This document shows positions 37,899 to 45,703 of a DNA stretch of 64,000 nucleotides, piece by piece; positions within the stretch are counted from its first letter, which is position 1; each line of letters opens with the position of its first letter. The position numbers and the translations under genes were made by a program. The notes beneath the pieces are model-generated. The model saw only the letters and a program-made list of their open reading frames with translations, did no database searches and was not told where the DNA came from. The stretch is from IMG/VR virus record IMGVR_UViG_3300047320_000285, positions 62,001 to 126,000 of that record, one strand, 5' to 3'.

Positions 37899-38321
37899 AT
37901 GAACGTAGTTAGCCATGAAGAACGATTGGCCACAGCCTTTTCGGCTGTTTATGAAGACCTGATCGTACGCAAAACGCTGCCCGGGACACTGGTGTTTCAA
38001 GTGTTTCCAATTGCTTGGAATATCACGACCCAAGGGTGCGGCTTCAGCGTCAACATTGGGGAAGGTCGCGACGACGGGGAACGAGTCCTGTTTCTACAGG
38101 CCCGTAAGCCTCAGTCGCCAGGTGTGGCTGCTGCGCAAAAGCACTACTTCCGTTATGGAGAGACGGTGAAACTCTCCTACCTGATCAGCTACTACCTTCT
38201 CGCAGCACGTGGGTTGATCAGTATCCCGGACTTGAATGCCAAGTATCCGGACATCACCGTTGACGATCGTATCAGCCTGAAGGAGGCGATGCTCTCATTG
38301 GACAACTATCTTTCTGCATAA
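37899..38321 (+). CDS. hypothetical protein
   Basis: TAAGGA RBS before ATG 37899. Confidence 0.7.
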   Translation: MNVVSHEERLATAFSAVYEDLIVRKTLPGTLVFQVFPIAWNITTQGCGFSVNIGEGRDDGERVLFLQARKPQSPGVAAAQKHYFRYGETVKLSYLISYYLLAARGLISIPDLNAKYPDITVDDRISLKEAMLSLDNYLSA

Positions 38322-38329
38322 CTACGCTC

Positions 38330-38674
38330 ATGGGGATTCTTGAGGTCTTTACGGGGCCTCAAGAGCCCCAGCGTGCCGTTGAGCTTGTCCGGCGTCAAGC
38401 CGGACATGTGTCCGTCTTCAAACACTTTATGGCGTTGCTGGGTCAAGGAATGCATGAACTTCGGTCGCAGGTCAGAGGAGAACTGCAGATCGAGGGGCTG
38501 TTTTATCTTACACCGCGACGCGATGTTGTAGAGCTGAGACTGCGGGTATTTCACTGTACCCCGAAAGGGCGCATCACGCATGCGTGCACCCTCACGTTTG
38601 AGCTTCGCTGTAATGAGTTGGGTCTGATTGAAGAGATCCTTTCATCCACCGCATTGCCCCCAGAGGAAGGGTAA
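38330..38674 (+). CDS. hypothetical protein
   Basis: Tightly packed ORF. Confidence 0.6.
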   Translation: MGILEVFTGPQEPQRAVELVRRQAGHVSVFKHFMALLGQGMHELRSQVRGELQIEGLFYLTPRRDVVELRLRVFHCTPKGRITHACTLTFELRCNELGLIEEILSSTALPPEEG

Positions 38675-38676
38675 TC

Positions 38677-39030
38677 ATGACGTTTCAAACTACGGATAAT
38701 AAGAAATTGAAAATCATTCGCATCGCAGTGATTCTTGGGGTCATTGTGGCTGCGTCATTACTGGTCGCGTCGCGATCGCATGCGAGGTTGTGTTCTCACG
38801 CACGCTTGGACCGATTTCTGGCGCACGTCCAAGAACGTGGGGGCTCTCTTGTGCGCTGTAAGGAAGGTGAGTGCGAGGACGTGCGGACCGGGGCTTACTT
38901 CGGTCGTAAGCCCGACGGCCTTTATCTTGTCTATCCAGACGGCACCATGGATGCTGAAGAGCTGCAAGAGCAGCGCGCATACCTTCAGCAGTTGATGCGA
39001 GATGAAGAGCGTGGGTGTGGGGTCAACTGA
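38677..39030 (+). CDS. secreted or membrane-anchored small protein
   Basis: N-terminal hydrophobic helix, Cys pairs. Confidence 0.7.
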   Translation: MTFQTTDNKKLKIIRIAVILGVIVAASLLVASRSHARLCSHARLDRFLAHVQERGGSLVRCKEGECEDVRTGAYFGRKPDGLYLVYPDGTMDAEELQEQRAYLQQLMRDEERGCGVN

Positions 39031-39097
39031 CGCTAAGCGCACGCGGGGGCCTTCGGGTCCCCGGTTATTTCTCACCCTTTCTTTTTTGGCCCTGATA

Positions 39098-39406
39098 ATG
39101 GAACGACGCCTGTCTGTAGCGGAAGGCCAGCACACGCTCGAGGTTCTGAAGCAGCTACTGATCAATGGCATGTTGGAGCATCGCATCACCAACCGGCTCA
39201 AAGTGCTCAGTATGTCGATTCAGTTGCGCACCCATAAACCGGTCGCCCTCGAACTCAAACTGCTGCGCAATGATCTGGAACCCCCCACCTACTATCTGGA
39301 AGTATTCAGTTATTTTCAGGATGGCAGTGGCCCGGCGCACATGGATCCCGACGTGATTGAGATGACCACGAATCCCGTAGGTTTTATTACCCATGTCAAT
39401 TGCTAA
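39098..39406 (+). CDS. hypothetical protein
   Basis: ORF between two hairpins. Confidence 0.6.
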   Translation: MERRLSVAEGQHTLEVLKQLLINGMLEHRITNRLKVLSMSIQLRTHKPVALELKLLRNDLEPPTYYLEVFSYFQDGSGPAHMDPDVIEMTTNPVGFITHVNC

Positions 39407-39410
39407 GCCC

Positions 39411-39436
39411 GCCACCCTCAGGGGTGGCTTTATGCC
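39411..39436 (+). terminator. hairpin + TATGCC terminator-like element
   Basis: GCCACCC-TCAG-GGGTGGC TTTATGCC. Confidence 0.75.
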
Positions 39437-39486
39437 CCATGATGTGGTGTAACTACACAGCGGCGTGAGAAGCGCTCGAGATCACT

Positions 39487-39807
39487 ATGATGAGTATCTT
39501 AAAATTTCTGACGCGACTCAATCCGTTGGGTCCGGGCTTCCAGAAAGTCATGAGCGACTGCTTTACGTCGTGGAATGGTGACTGGGATCCGAGCCGTCTG
39601 TTCGGCTATCTGTTTGCGATCGTTGTCTCTATCCAGTTCGTCGCGCAATCCGCCTACGACCTGATCAAGAACGGTCACTGGGATCCGATGAACTACTCGC
39701 TGGCAGCAGCGGGGATTGGCGGTATGTACGCGGCAGTCGCGGCGGGCGTACGTATCAAATCGCAAACCGAAAATCCGGCGGGTACACCGCCTTCAGACCG
39801 GGGTTGA
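39487..39807 (+). CDS. two-TM membrane protein (holin-like)
   Basis: Two hydrophobic helices, WDP.R and charged C-terminus. Confidence 0.55.
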   Translation: MMSILKFLTRLNPLGPGFQKVMSDCFTSWNGDWDPSRLFGYLFAIVVSIQFVAQSAYDLIKNGHWDPMNYSLAAAGIGGMYAAVAAGVRIKSQTENPAGTPPSDRG

Positions 39808-39940
39808 CCATGTATCTGTGCCTTCCGTTTAACTTTTTGTCGATGTTCTGGTGCGGTATTATGATGGCCGGCATGCGTCAGACGTTCTCGACCGAGCCAC
39901 CCAAGACCAAAAAGAAACAAGCCGACTAACCGGCTACGGG

Positions 39941-39969
39941 GCCTCGTCTGCGGACGGGGCTACTATGCC
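39941..39969 (+). terminator. hairpin + TATGCC terminator-like element
   Basis: GCCTCGTC-TGCG-GACGGGGC TACTATGCC. Confidence 0.7.
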
Positions 39970-40030
39970 CCTAGATTTTTTACAGTGCGAGACCATCTGA
40001 TGCAAACAGAACGCTAATAAGGAGAGCATC

Positions 40031-40786
40031 ATGACTACCGCTACTGTGGAGAAGCAAGTCCCTGTGGATCTGGATTCTAACGTTCCTTTGACTCACGTGG
40101 CCTTGGAAGTCTTTCTGCATGAGAAGCTGGACATGCCGTCAGCGGCCATCTACGAAACCCGTGCCTATATTTCGAATCTGTTACTCGGTCGTAACCAGAA
40201 ACCGACCATGACAGATTCGATGATGGCCGAGCGCATGTACCAGAACCACGAATTCGATCGCTTCTGGTACTACCCAGAATGGACCACGCACGACGATCGA
40301 AGCTACACGCTGCACGTGCGGGTGGTGGAGCGTGAAGGTCATGTGCCGAAAGCGGCCGCTTTTGGGGACCTGATCTTTACCGTGGAATGGGAAGGAGGGA
40401 TGCGCGGTAACTGTGTGCTGGTCAGTGGCTGGACCCGTGACATCGTTTCGAACTTCGATGGCTTTCGAGTATTCGACGATTGCCAAGGGTTTGAAAGCAA
40501 CCGGTGCTGGCCGTGGGTCGTACGTTTGCCGCGCGACATTCGGGCATGGGCAGGCAATGCCTCGGCCGATTACTACGAGAAGTTCTTGGCCTACGCGCAG
40601 GAACTGATGACGCGAAAGGTGGCCGAGGAAGTCATGGTCAAATTGGCACCCCATTCCACAGGTGGACCGGGTCGTCCCGAGAAAGTGCGATTGATTGTAC
40701 AAATGCATCGCGGCCCCGTGCAGTTGGCGGGTTTTACGACAGTCGCGGAATTCAACGAAGTCCTCACCAAGGAACAGCAACAATGA
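40031..40786 (+). CDS. hypothetical protein
   Basis: AAGGAG RBS, 251 aa. Confidence 0.75.
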   Translation: MTTATVEKQVPVDLDSNVPLTHVALEVFLHEKLDMPSAAIYETRAYISNLLLGRNQKPTMTDSMMAERMYQNHEFDRFWYYPEWTTHDDRSYTLHVRVVEREGHVPKAAAFGDLIFTVEWEGGMRGNCVLVSGWTRDIVSNFDGFRVFDDCQGFESNRCWPWVVRLPRDIRAWAGNASADYYEKFLAYAQELMTRKVAEEVMVKLAPHSTGGPGRPEKVRLIVQMHRGPVQLAGFTTVAEFNEVLTKEQQQ

Positions 40787-41286
40787 CACGCGTAGCACTG
40801 AAAACGAATCACGGCACGATCACCCTCGAACTCGACGCCGACAAAGCCCCGAAGTCGGTGGCGAACTTTCTCGAGTACGTCAAGAAGGGCCACTACGACG
40901 GCACGATCTTCCACCGGGTGATCGATGGCTTCATGATTCAAGGCGGTGGCTTCACGGAAAAGCTCGCGCAGCAAAAGCCCACCGAAGCCCCGATCGCGAA
41001 CGAAGCCAACAACGGCCTGAAAAACGACGCCGGCACGATCGCGATGGCGCGAACCAACGACCCGCACTCGGCCACCGCGCAGTTCTTTATCAACGTCAAC
41101 AACAACGACTTCCTCAACCACTCATCGCCGACCCCGCAAGGCTGGGGCTACGCGGTGTTCGGCCGTGTCGTCGAAGGTCTGGAGATCATCGAGGCCATCA
41201 AGAAGGTCAAGACCGGCTCGAAGGGCTTCCATCAGGACGTACCGATGGACGACGTGGTGATCGAATCAGCCGTCGTCGTCGAATAA
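40783..41286 (+). CDS. ppiB: cyclophilin-type peptidyl-prolyl cis-trans isomerase
   Basis: [47 protein letters not shown]. Confidence 0.95.
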   Translation: MTRVALKTNHGTITLELDADKAPKSVANFLEYVKKGHYDGTIFHRVIDGFMIQGGGFTEKLAQQKPTEAPIANEANNGLKNDAGTIAMARTNDPHSATAQFFINVNNNDFLNHSSPTPQGWGYAVFGRVVEGLEIIEAIKKVKTGSKGFHQDVPMDDVVIESAVVVE

Positions 41287-41333
41287 GCTTTCATCTCGTA
41301 GTCCCCTACTGATCAATAAGGAGAACAGGCAAC

Positions 41334-42464
41334 ATGAGCGACGCAATTATCAAATACGAACGCACCGAGCAAGGTGTGCGCATTGTTCCCGTGTATCGGG
41401 AAGAAACGAAGGACTACTTCGTCGATCTGTCGAAGATCGCGCCATGGCTCGTTGAAGTCGATGGCGTCGAAGTACAGACCGCAGCCCTGAAGATCGGCAC
41501 GCTTTTCGATCTGCTTGGCATCAGCCAGACGCAGTCGTTGCTCGACACCGGCGTGCTCGACATGACCGATTCGCTCGACCCGAACATCGCGCTCGAATCG
41601 ATCTTCGTCGAAGCGAAGTATCCGGACGGCACGTCGAAAGTCCAGCGCTACGAACTCGTGCACGATACGGGTGATCAGCAGGTCGGCACGCAGTTCACGT
41701 TCTTGGCACAGAACCATCGCCAGCTGGAAGTGAGCTACCACACCAACACGCTGCTCTCGCCGTCGGCTAACTCAGCGATGGATCTGCATGTCGCCGGTAT
41801 CATCAACCTCCAGCTGGGTCACTGCGAACTGGTGGCCTCGGGCGTGCAAGCGGGTACGGAACCCGACGTCGAACACGAAGTGATCGGCTATACGCTCAAA
41901 GCTTTCCGCACGAACTACAACCGTCGGCCGGTTGAGATTCCGGCAGTCTGGCCGGAAGGCGAAGCAGTGTTGAAGCAGCCGGAAGCCGAGCAGGAAGCAG
42001 CACCGGAAACACCGGAAGTGATCAGCGCGTTCTCGGGTAAGGAATACATGCCGGGTTACTTCAACCAAGGCAAGCACATCACGTCCCACGAAGTCGAAGG
42101 TGCGGCCAGCAACCTGACGATCACGGTCGGCGATGAACCGGCCGTTCCCGGCAACGCCAACCACCGCTACGACATCACGGGTTTCGATACCGACTCGAAC
42201 GCATCGGAATACGAAGGTTCGTTTGCGCGTGCGTTGTCGATTCTGTTCCAGAACGGTCCGATCCCGTCGCATGGCAATAACGGTGTGACGCTCGAAGCGT
42301 TGCTCGCCGTGGCAGCACATCGTCTGGAAGGTTTCCAAGCGGGTCCGTTCGCTTCGCAGGACAACGAAGACGCCCTCAGTCACATCAAGATGGCGCTCGA
42401 AGCTTTGCAGCGCCGGACTCGCAATCGCATCGCCCGTGAGGTCGAGGGCACCTATCAAGCCTAA
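41334..42464 (+). CDS. fusion of phiKZ-type major-capsid-like domain and Tad1-like anti-defence sponge
   Basis: C-terminus GNANHRY..I.FQNGP....NGVT.E.LL.V..HRL..FQAGPFAS.DN..AL.HI..AL.....RT.NRI.R.VEGT matches the Tad1 pattern; N-terminus RIVPVYR..., DLLGISQT..LL..GV.D.TD.LDP.I.L, IGY.L.A.RTN.NRR recalls phiKZ gp120-family capsid. Confidence 0.75.
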   Translation: MSDAIIKYERTEQGVRIVPVYREETKDYFVDLSKIAPWLVEVDGVEVQTAALKIGTLFDLLGISQTQSLLDTGVLDMTDSLDPNIALESIFVEAKYPDGTSKVQRYELVHDTGDQQVGTQFTFLAQNHRQLEVSYHTNTLLSPSANSAMDLHVAGIINLQLGHCELVASGVQAGTEPDVEHEVIGYTLKAFRTNYNRRPVEIPAVWPEGEAVLKQPEAEQEAAPETPEVISAFSGKEYMPGYFNQGKHITSHEVEGAASNLTITVGDEPAVPGNANHRYDITGFDTDSNASEYEGSFARALSILFQNGPIPSHGNNGVTLEALLAVAAHRLEGFQAGPFASQDNEDALSHIKMALEALQRRTRNRIAREVEGTYQA

Positions 42465-42473
42465 GGAGGCAGC

Positions 42474-42878
42474 ATGTCCGAGAGTGCATTGGAAAGAACC
42501 ATTCGCGAAGCGTTTGAAGATGGTACGTTAGCCGTCTTGCGTACCCCTGAAGAACTCGGCGAATTGCTGGTGAGTACCCCCGGTGCACCATCGGGTACCC
42601 GGACGTTTCTCGTTACCGCGGTGGATGATCTGAACGAGTTGTCACCGGTGGAGGTTTTGGCAGGACAGGTGTTTGAAGCTCGGCGTGCCATGGCTCGTCA
42701 AATAGCTGATGGGACGGTCCCCCAAGATCATCCGATGGCGCATCGGTATTCGGGTCCGGGTTACACCGATGGCGTACATGAGTCGCAGCAACGGATTCTG
42801 GGGCAGTCGGTGGAAGTCCGGGTGGCGCATGTGCTGAACGCTGCTAAATGGGCGGTCATCGAACAGGGGGATCACTGA
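42474..42878 (+). CDS. hypothetical protein
   Basis: AAGGAGG RBS. Confidence 0.75.
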   Translation: MSESALERTIREAFEDGTLAVLRTPEELGELLVSTPGAPSGTRTFLVTAVDDLNELSPVEVLAGQVFEARRAMARQIADGTVPQDHPMAHRYSGPGYTDGVHESQQRILGQSVEVRVAHVLNAAKWAVIEQGDH

Positions 42879-43165
42879 TGGCGTTGTGGGGTTTGGAATT
42901 CATGACACCGTCCGCATGGGGCAAGCGCTTTCCGGGTCGGCTTCCCAAGGCGTCGTCACTGGAAGCGATCACAGCACCAGATCGCCGCGCTCCGCCATCC
43001 ACACCCGAAGTCGCACCCGCGTTGCCTGCTTTGAAGGAATTGAATCAGGCCATCGAGCGTGCGGCCAAGGCGTGGAATCGCACGCAGTTGATTGACGCGA
43101 TGCGTTCGGTGAAGTACTGGACCCAGCAGGTAGAGCAGGCCGCCAAGATCGTAGACCTGACCTAA
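42878..43165 (+). CDS. hypothetical protein
   Basis: TGATG coupling. Confidence 0.7.
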   Translation: MALWGLEFMTPSAWGKRFPGRLPKASSLEAITAPDRRAPPSTPEVAPALPALKELNQAIERAAKAWNRTQLIDAMRSVKYWTQQVEQAAKIVDLT

Positions 43166-43175
43166 GGAGACCACC

Positions 43176-43469
43176 ATGCATGTGCTCAACACTTTCCCTA
43201 TTAACAACTGGGCCACCCCGACGTTATCGGAGCCGTCTATCCGGGTGCCGCAAGGCTCGGATCTGATTACGGCGTTTGATGACTTTGTGGGCGACATCCG
43301 GGTGGCGTATTGCGGCGACCCCACGCAGCCCGAGGTGATTGTGTACTTCCGGGTCTATACGGACGGGGCCATGATCGATCCGCGCGAGCTGAAAGAGTGG
43401 CGGCATCTGGCCAGCTTCTTTCATCGCGAGCAGAACAAGACCATGCATGTGTTCTACCGGCCGTTCTGA
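43176..43469 (+). CDS. hypothetical protein
   Basis: AAGGAG RBS. Confidence 0.75.
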   Translation: MHVLNTFPINNWATPTLSEPSIRVPQGSDLITAFDDFVGDIRVAYCGDPTQPEVIVYFRVYTDGAMIDPRELKEWRHLASFFHREQNKTMHVFYRPF

Positions 43470-43482
43470 AGCTTTATCTATA

Positions 43483-43976
43483 TAGAGGCGGCTGCCGCAG
43501 TCAGGTGTCCTTTAACAGTGCTTCGAGGCCTGCCGAAATCATCCGGCTGCGAAGGCTGCTTCTAACTGACATGAGCTGTTCAACGGCTCAGTGGCTCGAG
43601 GACTCACGATTTACTCGGGCTGATCCATTGTTCCGACTGGATCCCGTTACGGGGAGAACGACGGTAAATCGTACGGTAGGTGCGTAACACACCTGCAAGT
43701 TGTCCGTGTTAGTCCGAACGCGTTGCCTTAACGGCCTAGCGTGCTTGCCCCGCCGCGTATGCGGCACCTGTTGGGGCGCGTGTGATTGCCTGCGGTTCGT
43801 CCGCCGGGCGTTGCACTGGGCGGCTACATGCTGCCCGCGAAGCATGTGTGGCTGGCGAGCATGTCGGGCTGAATGTGCAGCCTCTAGGGTTCTTCCGTTA
43901 AACCGGAATATACGAGTGAGAGCCCCTGAGGAAGTGCATTCGAATCGTTCGAGACCATCCTCTAACCCCGTAGGGG
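43483..43976 (+). ncRNA. putative large structured ncRNA 1 (~490 nt), unknown class
   Basis: No RBS-supported ORF over ~590 nt; end pairing TAGAGG/CCTCTA; more than 10 helices including ACGATTTAC/GTAAATCGT; downstream terminator. Confidence 0.7.
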
Positions 43977-44003
43977 CTTTTTGATTCGTTCTATCGACGC
44001 TTC

Positions 44004-44040
44004 GTCATACGGGCCGAGCCTTCGGGCTCGGCTTTATGAT
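44004..44040. terminator. TCATA-hairpin-TATGA element
   Basis: GTCATAC GGGCCGAGCC-TTCG-GGCTCGGC TTTATGA. Confidence 0.8.
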
Positions 44041-44063
44041 GTCAATTTCTTTGTGAGACGACC

Positions 44064-44261
44064 ATGCCTGTCTTTGACATTACCAAAGGCCAGTTCCTGA
44101 CCCTGCAACAAGTCGCGGATAAACTGAAGCTGCGGCTGCCGCAATTGGGTAACATGATTGCCCAGCGGGCGTTCCCGAGTTCCGACAAGACGGTTAATGG
44201 TGTGCAGTACTGGAACCAACGTACTGTGCAAACGTGGCTGGGGAGCCAGCCAACTAAATAG
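44064..44261 (+). CDS. AlpA/excisionase-like small HTH protein
   Basis: FLTLQQVADKLKL...L..MI....FP......YW....VQ.WL. Confidence 0.75.
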   Translation: MPVFDITKGQFLTLQQVADKLKLRLPQLGNMIAQRAFPSSDKTVNGVQYWNQRTVQTWLGSQPTK

Positions 44262-44293
44262 ACCATTCGTATTCCCGTTTGAGGGGGTTCACC

Positions 44294-44515
44294 ATGTCGA
44301 CCATTCCGCTCAGCAGCACCCGGATGATCACGGCGCATCGCGTCATGGATAAGCTCAAAATCAGTCGTGCGATGTTACGCAAACTGATTGCCACCGGCCA
44401 GTTCCCTAAGTCCTCGAGTGAGGTGGGGCAGGCACGCTGGGAAGAGCAGACAGTCGACCAATGGTTGCGCTCCAACAAACAGAATCCCGTCACCCGTAGA
44501 AGAGGCGAACAATGA
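44294..44515 (+). CDS. AlpA-like small HTH protein
   Basis: V..KL.ISRA.L.KLIA.GQFPK.......RW....VDQWL; GAGGGG RBS. Confidence 0.8.
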   Translation: MSTIPLSSTRMITAHRVMDKLKISRAMLRKLIATGQFPKSSSEVGQARWEEQTVDQWLRSNKQNPVTRRRGEQ

Positions 44516-44814
44516 AAGGCACACGCGTATGGCCGGGTGATGACGGACGGCTGAACAGAACCGAGATCAACGCGCCGGGGGCGTATGGCAAACCGCATCC
44601 CCGCATGCTGGAGCGCTTACCGGCGCACTTACGTCAGGCTGACTCCCGCATGCTGTTCTGGGAAGTCACCGCCCCGGACGGCAGCAGCATTATCCTCAAC
44701 CCCGCGATTCACGAAGTCACGGAGTACGAGAATGGGACCATCACCGTATACCCATCGATTGTCACGCCGTCTTGGCACGGCTGGCTTGAATGCGGTACGT
44801 GGCGTTCAGTTTAG
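44512..44814 (+). CDS. DUF6527-like protein
   Basis: H.VTE..NGTITV.PSI....WHGWL..G.W. Confidence 0.55.
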   Translation: MKGTRVWPGDDGRLNRTEINAPGAYGKPHPRMLERLPAHLRQADSRMLFWEVTAPDGSSIILNPAIHEVTEYENGTITVYPSIVTPSWHGWLECGTWRSV

Positions 44815-44822
44815 GAGCAGCA

Positions 44823-45221
44823 ATGAATAATAAACCTGAGTTCATGAACTGGGCGCTGGAGTCGCTGGCGCACAAACCCCTCGCGATTGTGATCATGGGC
44901 AACCCGCGTTACATCGACGACCCCAAGCTTCGTGTGAAAGCCACCGCCCTGTATTGCAAGATCAAGATGTTCCTGCAAAATCGCTACGAGGTGCGTTTCG
45001 ATGCGGGCAAACCCTTCACGCTACCGGATACCCATGCCCAGCTGTGGGTCGCGCATTCGCGGGGGATCGATCGTCTGCAGTACGCCCCCAAGGGTATCAA
45101 GACGATTGCCTTGCAGACGCAGGACCACGATCAGCAGTACGAGACGGATGATCAGCGCGGGCGTGACCCGCTGCACTACGAATTGTCCGAGCAGGATGTC
45201 AAGGCCCTTATGTCTGCTTAA
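44823..45221 (+). CDS. hypothetical protein (AHSRG hydrolase-like elbow)
   Basis: AGGAG RBS. Confidence 0.7.
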   Translation: MNNKPEFMNWALESLAHKPLAIVIMGNPRYIDDPKLRVKATALYCKIKMFLQNRYEVRFDAGKPFTLPDTHAQLWVAHSRGIDRLQYAPKGIKTIALQTQDHDQQYETDDQRGRDPLHYELSEQDVKALMSA

Positions 45222-45234
45222 AGGAGTCAGGCGG

Positions 45235-45474
45235 ATGGATCTGGTAGTCAACAAGCGTTATTACGCTCAAGTCGAAGAGTTGCCCGAGTGGAAACTTACA
45301 CACTTGCACAATGAAGCAGTGCACGAAATCCGCCGGCTCGAAGCGCGGATGCTGCATCACGACAAGCTGCGGCTGAAATACCAGTCGCTCCCTATGTTGC
45401 GACGCCTGATTCTGGTGCGAGACACGTTAAAGGAACTCCTCGATGACCTCCTCTACTGGCAAGAAGCTGCCTAG
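45235..45474 (+). CDS. small coiled-coil hypothetical protein
   Basis: AAGGAG RBS; similar to the next gene. Confidence 0.7.
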   Translation: MDLVVNKRYYAQVEELPEWKLTHLHNEAVHEIRRLEARMLHHDKLRLKYQSLPMLRRLILVRDTLKELLDDLLYWQEAA

Positions 45475-45703
45475 CATTGACGTGCGGATTAACGGTAAGA
45501 ACTACCGCAACATCCGCACCTTCTCGCAGGCCCGCCTTGAACACATCCTGCAGTTGGCCAAGACGCAGGTGGACGACTACCGACGGTGCTACACGGACTT
45601 TGACGAACAAGCTGCCAAGAAAGCCTCTATTTTGGTCCATCTGAATGGACTGGAACAACGCGTGAAACTGATCGAAGAGGTGTTAAATGGGTTGGGAGGA
45701 TAA
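45443..45703 (+). CDS. small coiled-coil hypothetical protein (paralog of upstream gene)
   Basis: IDVRINGKNYRNI..F....LEH aligns with MDLVVNKRYYAQV..L....LTH. Confidence 0.6.
   Translation: MTSSTGKKLPSIDVRINGKNYRNIRTFSQARLEHILQLAKTQVDDYRRCYTDFDEQAAKKASILVHLNGLEQRVKLIEEVLNGLGG

Noticed and set aside
40504-40782. N-terminal extension of the ppiB ORF
   Set aside because: Overlaps 40031..40786 in another frame; cyclophilin homology and the RBS begin at 40783.
43575-43720. Group I intron-like R/S elements (GTTCAACGGCTCA ... GTTAGTCC) in ncRNA 1
   Set aside because: Only a loose resemblance; no recognisable P/Q elements and no interrupted gene, since the flanking genes are complete.
43926-43946. 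Hammerhead-like CTGAGGA or RNase P-like GAGGAAG in ncRNA 1
   Set aside because: No viable stem II plus GAAA core, and the other RNase P conserved regions are absent.
43310-43984. ORFs 43310..43687, 43700..43984 and 43588..43845
   Set aside because: No Shine-Dalgarno and atypical Arg/Cys-rich composition; better explained as structured ncRNA.
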